Origin: an uncultured Gammaproteobacteria bacterium
Lineage (GTDB): Bacteria > Pseudomonadota > Gammaproteobacteria > Pseudomonadales > UBA5518
Reading direction: 5' to 3'
Assembly: GCA_903928015.1 (NCBI GenBank)
Contig: CAIYPF010000143.1
Coordinates: 2,980-66,979 of the forward strand
DNA: 64,000 nucleotides
A model generated the notes under the pieces. That model worked only from the letters and a program-made list of their open reading frames with translations, made no database searches and was not told the origin of the DNA. Below are positions 26,823 to 36,800 of this stretch, piece after piece. The translations under genes and the position numbers were made by a program. Position 1 is the stretch's first letter, and each line of letters begins with the position of its first letter.

Positions 26823-26870
26823 CCCCGGCAACCCGGCAACCCGGCAACCCGGCAACCCGGCAACCCGGCA
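26823..26870. repeat. Octanucleotide tandem repeat (ACCCGGCA) x5 perfect, plus one flanking copy with one mismatch
   Basis: Read directly: perfect copies at 26831-38, 39-46, 47-54, 55-62 and 63-70, preceded by CCCCGGCA at 26823-30. Intergenic, between divergent genes starting at 26720 (-) and 26931 (+). Confidence 0.95.
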
Positions 26871-26930
26871 TCAATACATACCCCTGACGGGCCGGGGCGC
26901 ACGCACCGCAGCTTGAGGCATCAAAAGACC

Positions 26931-27989
26931 ATGCATGTACTGATCACCGGCGCGAGCGGGCTCGTTGGCGCGCATGCAGCGGGCGCGATCCTTCGGGACG
27001 GCAGCCACACCGTGCGCGTGCTTGCCCGGGATCCGCAGCGCGTGCTTTCGGCCATCGCCCCCTTGGGTGTCGAGTGCAACAGCATCGAGATCGCCACAGG
27101 GGACGTCACGGATGCGGCGCAGGTGGCCGAGGCCATGCGCGGGGTCGATGCCGTGATCCACGCCGCGGGCCTGTTTTCGCACGATCCTGCCGACACCGCG
27201 AAGATGCAGCTCAGCAATGTGCTTGGTACGCGTTGCGTGCTGGGAGCCGCCGTCGCTGCCGGCGCCGACCCGATCATCCATGTGTCGAGCTATCTCGCCT
27301 TGTTCCCGCCCCGCGGGGCCGTGCAGCGCGCCTCGGATCCCGTCACTGCCCCGCGCAGCGTCTACGCCCGCACCAAGGCCGAGGCGGAAAGCATCGCCCG
27401 CGAACTGCAGGAGAGCGGCGCGCCCGTCGTGACCGTGTACCCGGGCGCGATCCACGGCCCCGACGACCCCAGCTTCGGCGCGAGTCCCGCCTATCTGGCA
27501 GAGTCGCTGCGCAAGCGGAGCATGCTGGTGAACCGCGGCGGGCGCGGCTACAACGATGTGCGCGACCTTGCCCGGCTTCTGCTGCTCCTGCTGTCTCCGG
27601 GGCTTGGTCCGCGCAGGATGATGTGCGGCGGGCTCTACACAAGCGACAGCGATATCCACGCCCTGCTGTGCCAGCTGACGGGCAATGCGATCAGCGCGGT
27701 ACGCCTGCCGGGCTGGTTGCTGAGGGCGATGGGCCGGACGGGAGACATCGCTGCAGCGCTGACGGGAGGCACCGCGGCGCTCAGCTACGAGGCCGCATGC
27801 GTGCTCACACGCAGCGTGCCCTGCGACGACACCGCCGCACTGGCATTGCTTGGCCGGCCCTGGATGCCCATCGGGCAATCCCTGTGCGATCTGCTGGTCT
27901 GGATGCGTCGTGCCGGCCACCTCTCGGCAGAAGATGCGGGCCCCGCCATCTGCGCACTGGCGGCAGAAAACCGCACGGACGGACGATGA
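26931..27989 (+). CDS. NAD-dependent epimerase/dehydratase-family (extended SDR) protein
   Basis: ATG 26931 (MHVLITGASGLVGAHAAG), with TTG 26913 as an alternative. Contains YARTK (YxxxK). Its stop overlaps the next ATG (ATGA). Confidence 0.8.
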   Translation: MHVLITGASGLVGAHAAGAILRDGSHTVRVLARDPQRVLSAIAPLGVECNSIEIATGDVTDAAQVAEAMRGVDAVIHAAGLFSHDPADTAKMQLSNVLGTRCVLGAAVAAGADPIIHVSSYLALFPPRGAVQRASDPVTAPRSVYARTKAEAESIARELQESGAPVVTVYPGAIHGPDDPSFGASPAYLAESLRKRSMLVNRGGRGYNDVRDLARLLLLLLSPGLGPRRMMCGGLYTSDSDIHALLCQLTGNAISAVRLPGWLLRAMGRTGDIAAALTGGTAALSYEAACVLTRSVPCDDTAALALLGRPWMPIGQSLCDLLVWMRRAGHLSAEDAGPAICALAAENRTDGR

Positions 27990-28468
27990 ATCATCCCGCC
28001 GCTTCAGGCCGCCAGCGTCTCCGGATGACGGCCCTGCTGCTTGCAGGCGCGCTGCTCTGCGCTGCCTGCCCGGATAGCAAGGCGCCCGGCTCCGACATCA
28101 GCGCTGCGGTCAAAGAGCGCCGCGACAACTTCCGCCGCATGGGCGATGCGTACAAGGCCATCAAGGAAAGCATCGAGAGCGGCAAGCCCGACGCGGCGCT
28201 GGTCGTACGCAGCGCGAGGCTGATCCGCGACACCGGAGCGGGTCAGCCGGCGCTCTTCACCCCGGGCAGCGGAGCCGGTTCGGGTGCGAAAACCCGGGCG
28301 CGCGATGCGGTATGGACGGAGGCAGCGTTGTTCGCGCGCCGGCAGGACGAATTCCTTGCCACAAGCGACGCGCTGATCGCCGCCGCGCCCGCCGACATGA
28401 GCGAGGGCTACGAGGCGCTGACGCAGGCCTGCCTGGCGTGCCACGAGCATTTCCGCGAGCGCCGCTGA
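27986..28468 (+). CDS. Cytochrome c' (class II c-type cytochrome), exported
   Basis: Only the last 160 aa of ORF 27074-28468 look real. N-terminal signal MTALLLAGALLCAAC, a helical body, and a CLACH haem-binding motif near the C-terminus, as in cytochromes c'. Confidence 0.7.
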   Translation: MNHPAASGRQRLRMTALLLAGALLCAACPDSKAPGSDISAAVKERRDNFRRMGDAYKAIKESIESGKPDAALVVRSARLIRDTGAGQPALFTPGSGAGSGAKTRARDAVWTEAALFARRQDEFLATSDALIAAAPADMSEGYEALTQACLACHEHFRERR

Positions 28469-28476
28469 ACAACTGC

Positions 28477-29238
28477 CTACACGTAACGCACCGCACCACC
28501 GTCGATGCGGATGTTCTGGGCATTGATGAACCCCGCCCGCTCACCGCACAGGAAACACACCAGTTCTGCCACGTCTTCACGCGTGGCGATACGGCCGCAG
28601 GGATTGGGGAAATCCGTCGCCACGATGTGCTTTTCGATGCTGTTCCAGTCCTCGGGCAGTCCGCGGGCGCGAGCCCTGCGCCGGTAGGCCTCCTCCACCT
28701 GCTCGGTACGGATGTAACCGGGGGCGACGGTGTTCACCGTGATCCCCGTAGCTGCCAGTTCCTGCGCGAGGCTCACCGTGATGTTGGCGAGAGCACCCTT
28801 GGCTGCGTAATAGGCAGGCCGCTCAGCCACCGGTTGGTGCGAACCGATGGTGCCCAGATTCACCACCCGGCCCCAGCCCTTGCGCTTCATCGCGGGCACG
28901 CAGCCCTGGATCATGCGCACCGCGGAAAGCAGATTGATCTGGTACATCTCGAGCCACTTCGCCGTGTCGCTGTGCTCCCAGCCGTGCGCATCCGTGGTGC
29001 CGTAGTTGTTCACGAGGATGTCCACCTCGAGCCCCAAGGCCGCGATCTGCGCCAGTACCTGCGTGCAACCCTCTTCGGTGGCGACGTCGCCGTGCACGGC
29101 CAACCCCGCGGGAGCCGCCGAGTTCCCATGACGGATCACCGTAGCGCCCTCCGACGCCAGGGTTGCCGCGATGATCTCGCCGGTACGCCTGTCACTGCCC
29201 GTGACCAGCGCGGTCCTTCCCTTCAGCCCCATATCCAT
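28477..29238 (-). CDS. Short-chain dehydrogenase/reductase (SDR)
   Basis: ATG 29238 (MDMGLKGRTALVTGSDRRTGEI). Also YYAAK and NTVAPGYI motifs. Confidence 0.85.
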   Translation of the reverse strand: MDMGLKGRTALVTGSDRRTGEIIAATLASEGATVIRHGNSAAPAGLAVHGDVATEEGCTQVLAQIAALGLEVDILVNNYGTTDAHGWEHSDTAKWLEMYQINLLSAVRMIQGCVPAMKRKGWGRVVNLGTIGSHQPVAERPAYYAAKGALANITVSLAQELAATGITVNTVAPGYIRTEQVEEAYRRRARARGLPEDWNSIEKHIVATDFPNPCGRIATREDVAELVCFLCGERAGFINAQNIRIDGGAVRYV

Positions 29239-29359
29239 GAAACATTCCCCCGTCGTCGTGGCGCGGCCAGATAGTGCGCGGTATGCAAGGCGCGAACAGC
29301 GCAAGCACTGTCCCCGGCACCCACGCGATTATTCCATTCATCCGTCCGGAGAACCCAGC

Positions 29360-29740
29360 ATGAGCGAGAGCCTGCGCGACAAGGGCATCGAGATGTTCAA
29401 CACCGTCTACTGCGGAGACCTCCCGCAGCCACCGCCCCCGGGGCAGGACAAGTTCTTCGATTTCATGCTGGAGGGGGTCTTCGGCAAGCTCTGGGCCGAT
29501 ACCACGCTGTCCATGCGGGACCGCCGGCTCGTGCTGCTCGGCGCCATTGCCGCGCAAGGCGAGGACATGACCTGGACCATACAGGCGCGCTCGGCGATGA
29601 AGCGCGGCGAGCTGAACCAGCAGGAACTGGAGGAGATCATCATTTTCCTCACGCAGTACGTGGGCTACCCGCGCGCATCCAAAATGCGCATGGCGCTGAT
29701 CGGCCTGCTGGCGCAGCAAGCACAACAGAAGTCCACCTGA
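29360..29740 (+). CDS. Carboxymuconolactone-decarboxylase (CMD/AhpD-like) family protein
   Basis: ATG 29360 with GGAG 9 nt upstream. LSMRDRRLVLLGAIAAQG...ELEEIIIFLTQYVGYPRA is typical of CMD-family proteins. Confidence 0.7.
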   Translation: MSESLRDKGIEMFNTVYCGDLPQPPPPGQDKFFDFMLEGVFGKLWADTTLSMRDRRLVLLGAIAAQGEDMTWTIQARSAMKRGELNQQELEEIIIFLTQYVGYPRASKMRMALIGLLAQQAQQKST

Positions 29741-29753
29741 GGCGGCGCCGGAC

Positions 29754-30785
29754 ATGGATCAGCCGACACACTGGCAGCGCATCGAACTCACAGCCTTCGG
29801 CGGCCCCGGGATGCTGCGCGTGGTGGAAGAGACCACGCTGCCGCAGCCCGGCCCCGGACAGATCCGCGTGCGGGTGCTGGCTGCAGGCACGGGCTTCACC
29901 GACACCATCATCCGGCTGGGGCAGTATCCGGGCGTGAAGCAGAAACCGCCCTTCACGCCGGGCTATGACTGGTTCGGTGTGGTGGATGCACTGGGCACGG
30001 GTGTAACGGGCCTCGCCTTGGGCGATGCCGTGGCCGACATGCCGGTGATCGGCGGTTACACGCAATACCTTTGCGTCGACGCCGCGCGCGTGCAGCGCTG
30101 CCCGGCAGGGCTGGACCCTGCCGAGGCGGTGAGCATGATTCTTTCCTACACCACTGCCTGGCAGATGCTGAAACGTGAGTGCCGGCTCCAGCGCGGCGAC
30201 TGGATCCTGGTGCACGCCGCGGGCGGCGCCGTAGGAAGCGCGCTGCTCGATCTGGCGAAACACCTGGGGCTTCGCGTGATCGGTACGGCCTCTGCGGCAA
30301 AGCACCCCTTGCTCAAACGCTACGGCGCCGAGCCCATCGACTATCGCTCGGAGGATTTCGTCTCGCGCACGCTGCAGATATCCGGCGGCGGCGTGAAGGC
30401 CGTCTTCGACACCATCGGCGGTGCCAACTGGAGCCGCTCCTACCGCTGCCTTGCGCGCGGCGGAACGCTGGTCGGCTTCGGCGCGCTGCAGGCGAAGGAC
30501 GGCACGGAGAGCATTCCCTCGCTCCTGTGGGGCTTCGCGAAACTGCTCGCGCTGTGGAAGCTGCTGCCCGACGGCAAGCACAGCTGCTTCTACAACATCC
30601 AGACGCGTCGCGAGGCCAAGCCCGCTGAATTCCATGAGGATCTGGGAGACCTCATGCAGATGCTCGCAGCAGACCAACTCCGCCCGGCCGTGGCAGAGCG
30701 CGTGCCGCTGGCGCAGGCGGCCGAGGTGCACCGTCGCATCGATGCCGCCGGGATAGCCGGGAAGGTTGTGCTGATCTGCGAGTGA
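29754..30785 (+). CDS. Medium-chain (zinc-type/quinone-oxidoreductase-like) dehydrogenase/reductase
   Basis: 343 aa. GQIRVRVLAAGTGFTD..., PFTPGYDWFGVV, and cofactor motif ILVHAAGGAVGSALLDLAK. Confidence 0.85.
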   Translation: MDQPTHWQRIELTAFGGPGMLRVVEETTLPQPGPGQIRVRVLAAGTGFTDTIIRLGQYPGVKQKPPFTPGYDWFGVVDALGTGVTGLALGDAVADMPVIGGYTQYLCVDAARVQRCPAGLDPAEAVSMILSYTTAWQMLKRECRLQRGDWILVHAAGGAVGSALLDLAKHLGLRVIGTASAAKHPLLKRYGAEPIDYRSEDFVSRTLQISGGGVKAVFDTIGGANWSRSYRCLARGGTLVGFGALQAKDGTESIPSLLWGFAKLLALWKLLPDGKHSCFYNIQTRREAKPAEFHEDLGDLMQMLAADQLRPAVAERVPLAQAAEVHRRIDAAGIAGKVVLICE

Positions 30786-30836
30786 ACCCCGCACCCGGGT
30801 GCTGCCGCAAAACGCGCGGTGACGCCCGGGACACAC

Positions 30837-33800
30837 TCAGCCCCCCACGCCACCCACGCTGCGCTCGACGAAGGCCACTACCGACTCCTTGCTGAAACCC
30901 CAGACCTCGCCCGAAATCATGCGACTGGAACGAATCAGGTCAGCAAGCGGCACAGCGCCGCCACCGCCACTCGATGCCCCATAGACCTGCTTGACGGTGC
31001 TGGCCGCCGCCGCGCGCCAATCCAGCGGGACATAGCTGCGCTGGCTGTTGTGCCGATCGGCATAGGTGGTGTCGACGGGCACGAACGTCGGCTTCGGTTG
31101 GTAGTTCTTTTCACTTGAAAAGGAGTTGGCCTGGTACAGGCCAGTAAAACCCCGACGGATGTCTTCGTCACTGCGCACCGTGATGGAAGCAGCTGCAGCC
31201 GCAACAGCGACGATGGGCAACGCAAGAAAACCAAGCGGGATAACCGCCAGTGCGGCCGCGCTGAGACCCGCAACTGCGCCAACTTCTTTCAGTCGATCAG
31301 AACTTCGGGGAGTGAAAACACTATTCAACGCCGGGGCGCTCTTGCCCAAAACAGCCAGACCGAGACCGGTCGTGGATATCGCGTCAAGGCCTAGCCGCTT
31401 CCGCCGACCCGATGAGCTGTTCCCTCTACCGGCGCTGGCAGAAAACTGCCCCTGATCCTGCCTTTGCACGCCGGGCGCGAAGTTGATTCCGAAGTTGAAA
31501 ACTGAGTCGAGATTATCGACGACGAGCGCCCCATACCTGACAGCCTTACCAGAGCCTTCATTGGCCGCCGCCTTGCCTAAGCGCTCAAGCGGGTCGAAGA
31601 CTTTGCCCAGCCCACGCTCAAGCGAATCGACTGCTTTGGCAGACCTGCTCAGAGGCTTCCGAACGTCGTCGGCGATTCCCCCTGTGGGGAGGATATCGGC
31701 ACCGAACGCCACATCCAGAGCGTTCTGGAACCCGCCATCCGACGCCATGACTGAATCAGAGGAGATTACATCGTCTATACCAGCCGAAGAACCTGACGCT
31801 CTACGGACACTGCTCGAAAGGTCATCTGACAACTCCGTGAGATCATCCACTTTCCCTGCAATCTTCTTGGCATTGAGAGCAACCTCGTCGGCCTCACCGG
31901 CCACCGCCTTCGCTGAGCCCACCACATCACCCAATGCACCCAAAAGCCCACCACCAAACGCAACAGCAAGCATGTTCGGGTTGACGATACGGCCGTCGTT
32001 CTGGATTGCCTGATTGGCTGCCTCGCCGGCGACTTCCAGCGCGGTTTGCGCCACAACGTTAGCCAACTTGAGAAGGGAGGTCGCCTTGCCGGCAACGGCA
32101 ACCGCCTGACCGATGCCGGCAGCAATACCGCCAATAGCACCGGCGACCACATCCGCCGCAACGGCCTTCCAGTCGAACTCTTTCTGCAATTCGAAGCCGA
32201 CCAGAATTCCCTGCGTAATGGCCGAAGCAGCAAAGGCGATGGCTGCCGCCACAACTGTGGTTGCTACAACCGCTCCGATAACCGCTCCCGCAGTCAAAGC
32301 CGTGCCCGCTGCAGCGACCGGAGCGAGTGCGCCCGCCGAAACAACCGTAAGAAGAGCCGCGGCAATTGCCACGACCACAATCAGGATGATGGCAAACGCC
32401 AGTTTGACCTTGGCGCAAGGATCCGGCGCCGGCTGGGGAATGGCAGGAAGTTTTGAGCCGATCAACGTGCTCTCGTTGTAGAGCGCATGGGTACGGCTTG
32501 TGCGGTACGCGTCCTGCGCAGTGACCGGAATCACCAGACGTGAACCTGCTTTCAGCGCAGATGTGCCGCCAAGGCCGTTGGCCTCGGCAATCGCGAACCA
32601 GAGCTCTGGCGATCCGTAGTACTGCCCCGCAATGGACTCCAGCGTATCCCCGGCCTGCACCGTGTGCTGGGAGATCGACGGACCATCCGGGAACGCGGGA
32701 TCGAAATTCAAGCCTGTGCCGATGGTGTTGTGCTCGACCGCATAGTCGCCGTTGGCGGACTGCAGGGGGCGCCCGTCACCGTCCAGATCCGGAGTACGCA
32801 AACCAGAGGTAAGCAGCATCTTTGCCGTCTCGGCGACTGCCCCGACCACACCGGTCGCGATATTCACCGTTCCATCAATAATGAAATTACCTACGTAGGG
32901 ACCCTGTTGGTCTGCATAGTCGCCGACCGGATTCCCCAATGCGTAGAGATAGAAATATCGCTTTACGGTGATATAGCCCGCTGTCCCGTTGTCAGGGCGG
33001 GTTTCGTACCTGAGTAGCAGATGGCCCTCGTTGTCGTAGGAGTAGCTGATGTCACGACCGAACTCCAGCGGGTCGCTGCTACCACGACTGTTCACAAGGA
33101 GACGGCCGTTTGAATCGTAGATATAGGACGCGGTTGCGCTTCCCGTCGGCGCCGCGACGGACGTTGCGCGATTCTTGCCGTAGAAATCGTAGAAATAGCC
33201 GTAGGTGGTAATACTCCCGTCAGTGGTTATCCGCGTTTGCGAAACACGGCCGGACCGGTCGGCAGTGGTTTCGGTGGTCTGAACCGTATGTGACTGCGTG
33301 CACTTGACGGTTTTATAGACCCGGTAACTGGCGTCGTAGGAGTTAGTCTCGGTATCCCACTGGTACCACGTGTTGGTCTGATACTTCAGCCCCGGCCCCC
33401 AGTAAAAATGCTCGCGCTGCGTGATATTGCCAGCCTTGTCGTAGACCCAGAGCGATTGGGAAATTTGCCACAGCGTGCTGTAGCCCGTGCCATAGCCCTG
33501 TGCCGCTGCTTGCGCGCCGGTCAGCGTGGGGTACTGGTTCCAGGAACCGTCTGCGACTGAACTCGGCGGCTTCGATTTGAACAGACGGGTAAACGTTACC
33601 GCACCATTCTTGTTGTAAGAGTAGAACCGCACATAGCCGCTCTCCGTCACCTCTTCCTTGAAGCGGTTGCCTGCATAGTCGTAAGAGAAATTGAATGTGA
33701 TGTCGTCTGTGGTGTCTTGCGTTGCCTTCCAGGCATCGTCATTTTTCAGCTTCGTCAGTCGATTGGCTGCGTCATATTCGTACGTTGTTACTTTTTTCCC

Positions 33801-36800
33801 GGCAGCGCTTGTCTGAGTGATTTGCTTGAGGTTTCCGTCCTTGTAATAGAAGTATTCCGCAGAAATGGAAATATCTTGTGTGCCTGCCTTTACTGAGGGG
33901 AAATGCGTCCAGGACTTGAGGACTCCGTTCGCGTAGTAGCTGTAATTGACGGCTCGCTCGAGCAACCAACCCCTATCCCAGGATTTGTAGTTGAAGCGCT
34001 CGTACACACGGTTGCCGGCCACGTCATATCTGTACTCCGTATACGACTCGTTTCTCCCCTGTAGCATCCGGGTGATGGCGCTGTGGTATCCGGTGTCATC
34101 AATGCGGATGACACGTCCGGCGTTGTCGTAAGCGGTCTTGATATCCTTGCCCCTGATCACCGTTTTTTTGCCGGTAGCGGGGATGTTTCCGTCGTAGTGC
34201 GCAGGCCCGGTCTCCGACACACGGCGCCCGAATTTGTCATATCCGTAAACGGTGATGGTCTCGACGGGCACACTGCCGCTGGCGGTATTCACCAGGCGCT
34301 TCTGACTGCCAAGGAATACGTCGACGCCACCGGTACCGGCACTCGAGAACGGGATCGCCGCTCCGCCGACCGTCGCCGACAGCGTGAATGTGCCGGTCGC
34401 ACTCACACTTTTCACGAAATAAGACTGTCCAGCCACGAGACCCGTCGGCAGCGTGCCCACCCCGCTGTCCGGTGTTCCGCCCAGACTTCTGAAAAAAAGC
34501 TCCTGCCCGACGTCGAAAACGGGACGCACGGAGAAGGTGCCGCTACCGACAGACGCGGATGTCAGCAAGGCCCCACCGGGCGTCTCGGAAATTCGGAAGC
34601 TGTCATAACGGCCATCGGAGCTATTGAAGATGTTCGCAACGTAATACGTTCTCCCCGCCACGATACCCGTTGGCAAGGTCCCGCCGCTGCTCACGCTGAA
34701 TGTCACTTTCTGACCCTCGGTCAGCCCGTGTGAGGACACATTCCAACTCAGGAAACCGCCAAAACCCGGCTGAGCCGCATCAGTGATGGATGCCGTCGTG
34801 GTCTTGGAGCAGTTGAGCTCCAGAAGACCGTTCACGCCGCTGGCCGTCGCGTTTTCCGTGACCGGCACGATCTGGCTGGAGGTGTAGAAGTCATTGCCAA
34901 GCACCAGCGGCACGCTCACGCTCAGCAGGCGCCCGAAGGGGCCGTACTCGAAACACTGCGTTCGCCCTTCGGCATCGGTGACCGTGGACTTGTTGCCGTA
35001 GGTGTCGTATCGGGTCTGCTGCACTATCGCGCTGCAAACCAGAAAAATCCCAGAGCCTTGGCCATTGGCTCCGAAGCTGATCTCCGACCCATCGGGCGAA
35101 GCGGAGATCGTAAAGGTGTTGGTCGTGACGGTCTTGATGTAATAGGCCTTACCGGCCACAAGCCCCGCGGGCAGAGTGCCTGCCGTCGAGAACGAAATCA
35201 GCTGCCCTGTCTTAAACCCGTGCCCGGTCCTGGTTAACGTCAGAACGGTGGTGGCGCTCGTCTTTGTGTTGGCGGTTACGGCCGGCCACGTCGCGGGTAG
35301 CTTGTCGAAACTGTACTCGGCGATAACGCGCCCTTGTTTGTCGTAGTCACGCCCGAAGAAGTTGCCGTTGGCGTCTTTGATAACGATCTGGTTGTCGCGG
35401 TGGTCGCACCGGTATTGCGTGGTGTTTCCCTCGCCATCGGTGGAGGTCACCATCCGGCCGCGCTGGTCGTAGGTGCTCGCTGAGGAGGTTGGCGTAACGG
35501 TGAGGGTGGCGGTAGGGTACGCAGCCCCGAGGGACAGCGCGGCCCCGCCGGGCGTCAGCGCAAGAGAGAACCGGTCCTTGTCTGCAACCCTGACAACATA
35601 GTAGGTCGTCCCCGCTACGAGATTTGCTGGCAGAGTCCCGGAGCTGCTCGCGCCGAATATCACCGCCTGCCCTTCGGACAGACCGTGATTCAAAAAGTAG
35701 AGAGTCAAGGAGTCTGACCACACACCGACTCTGCTTGAGCCCTTGGCGGTGCCGGTGCGACGACCGAAGGCATCGTAGCCGTAGCTCTCGGTCGTGGTGC
35801 TTTCGAGGCCCAGGAAGTAGCTGCTGATCAGGCGGTTCGCATTCCCACCTGAATAGGCATACACGAAGACACGGGTGTGCCCCTCACCATCAATCGTCTG
35901 GATACGATTGCCCAGACGGTCGTAGCTGTGAACGGTGATGGCGCCGAGGGCATCGGTTTCGCTGACCAGATTTCCCGCACCGTCACGGACGAACAGTCGG
36001 GCTTGGGACGCGAGGTTACCCGGATCCCGGATGCTGCACTCGCGCCCGGCATAGTCATAGCCCCATACGGTGAGTGCCCCTTTGGCCCCCCCTCCAAGGA
36101 CCGCAGCAAAAGGACCCAACTCCTCGGTTTTGCGCCCGAGTTTGTCAAAGCGGGCATAGCTTGTGATCGGGGAGGCATTTGTTCGGTCCAGGCCCCTCAG
36201 CGTTGTGACCACGGCGTTGCCGAGTCTGTCCACCGCGAATTCACGCCACAAGCCCTCTTCCTCGTTGGAGGCTGTCTTCATCCCCATATCGTTGTATTCG
36301 GTCTCGATGAAGTACCTCGCCTGCTTGCGCGGGACCCCTAGCCGGGCGAGCACTGTGACTGTGACTTGCAAGTTCGGATTCCGCGTTTTGGAGCATTTCA
36401 GCTCTCTCGACCAGGACAACTTGCCAGTCTGGAGATTCATCACCATGACGCGGAAATAAAACGTGCTGCCGTCCGGCAGAGTGTTGATCGGGATGCTGCC
36501 CGATGTTGCTGTTCCAGCGGGGGTTGCGGAAGCGTAGGAACCCTTGTCGCCGGGATTCAGCATGGATTCAACGTTGAAGGACTCCAGTTGCGAAGTGGCC
36601 CCCCATACGATCCAGGATCTGAGATCACCCGATGTCTGGCTTGCCGGATAAGTCCATGAGACATTCGCCGCGATCCCGGAACTGTAGCCGGCAATATCAA
36701 GGTTGGAGGGATAGGGCAGCGGATAGCCAGCGTCCTCCATGTAGGAGCGCACAACCTGACCACGCACGTTGTATTCCTGGAACGCGGCGGTTCCTGTCGG

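Noticed and set aside
26823-26870. The tandem repeat, considered as a possible CRISPR array or REP element.
   Set aside because: The copies are contiguous 8-nt units without spacers, and I noticed no other copy of the motif elsewhere in the window. It is a simple microsatellite.
27074-27985. Upstream 300 codons of ORF 27074-28468, which would make a 464-aa protein.
   Set aside because: This part overlaps the well-supported SDR frame and is Arg/Pro-rich nonsense. Only the last 160 aa (signal peptide plus the CLACH haem motif) look like a real protein.
30786-30836. Searched for a cognate immunity ORF or a bidirectional terminator between the giant gene and the convergent MDR gene. A 12-nt palindrome GCACCCGGGTGC lies at 30791-30802 and a second CCCGGG at 30825-30830.
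   Set aside because: 51 nt is too short for an ORF. The palindrome has no loop, and the possible CCCGGG/CCCGGG pairing is weak and lacks a U-tract.
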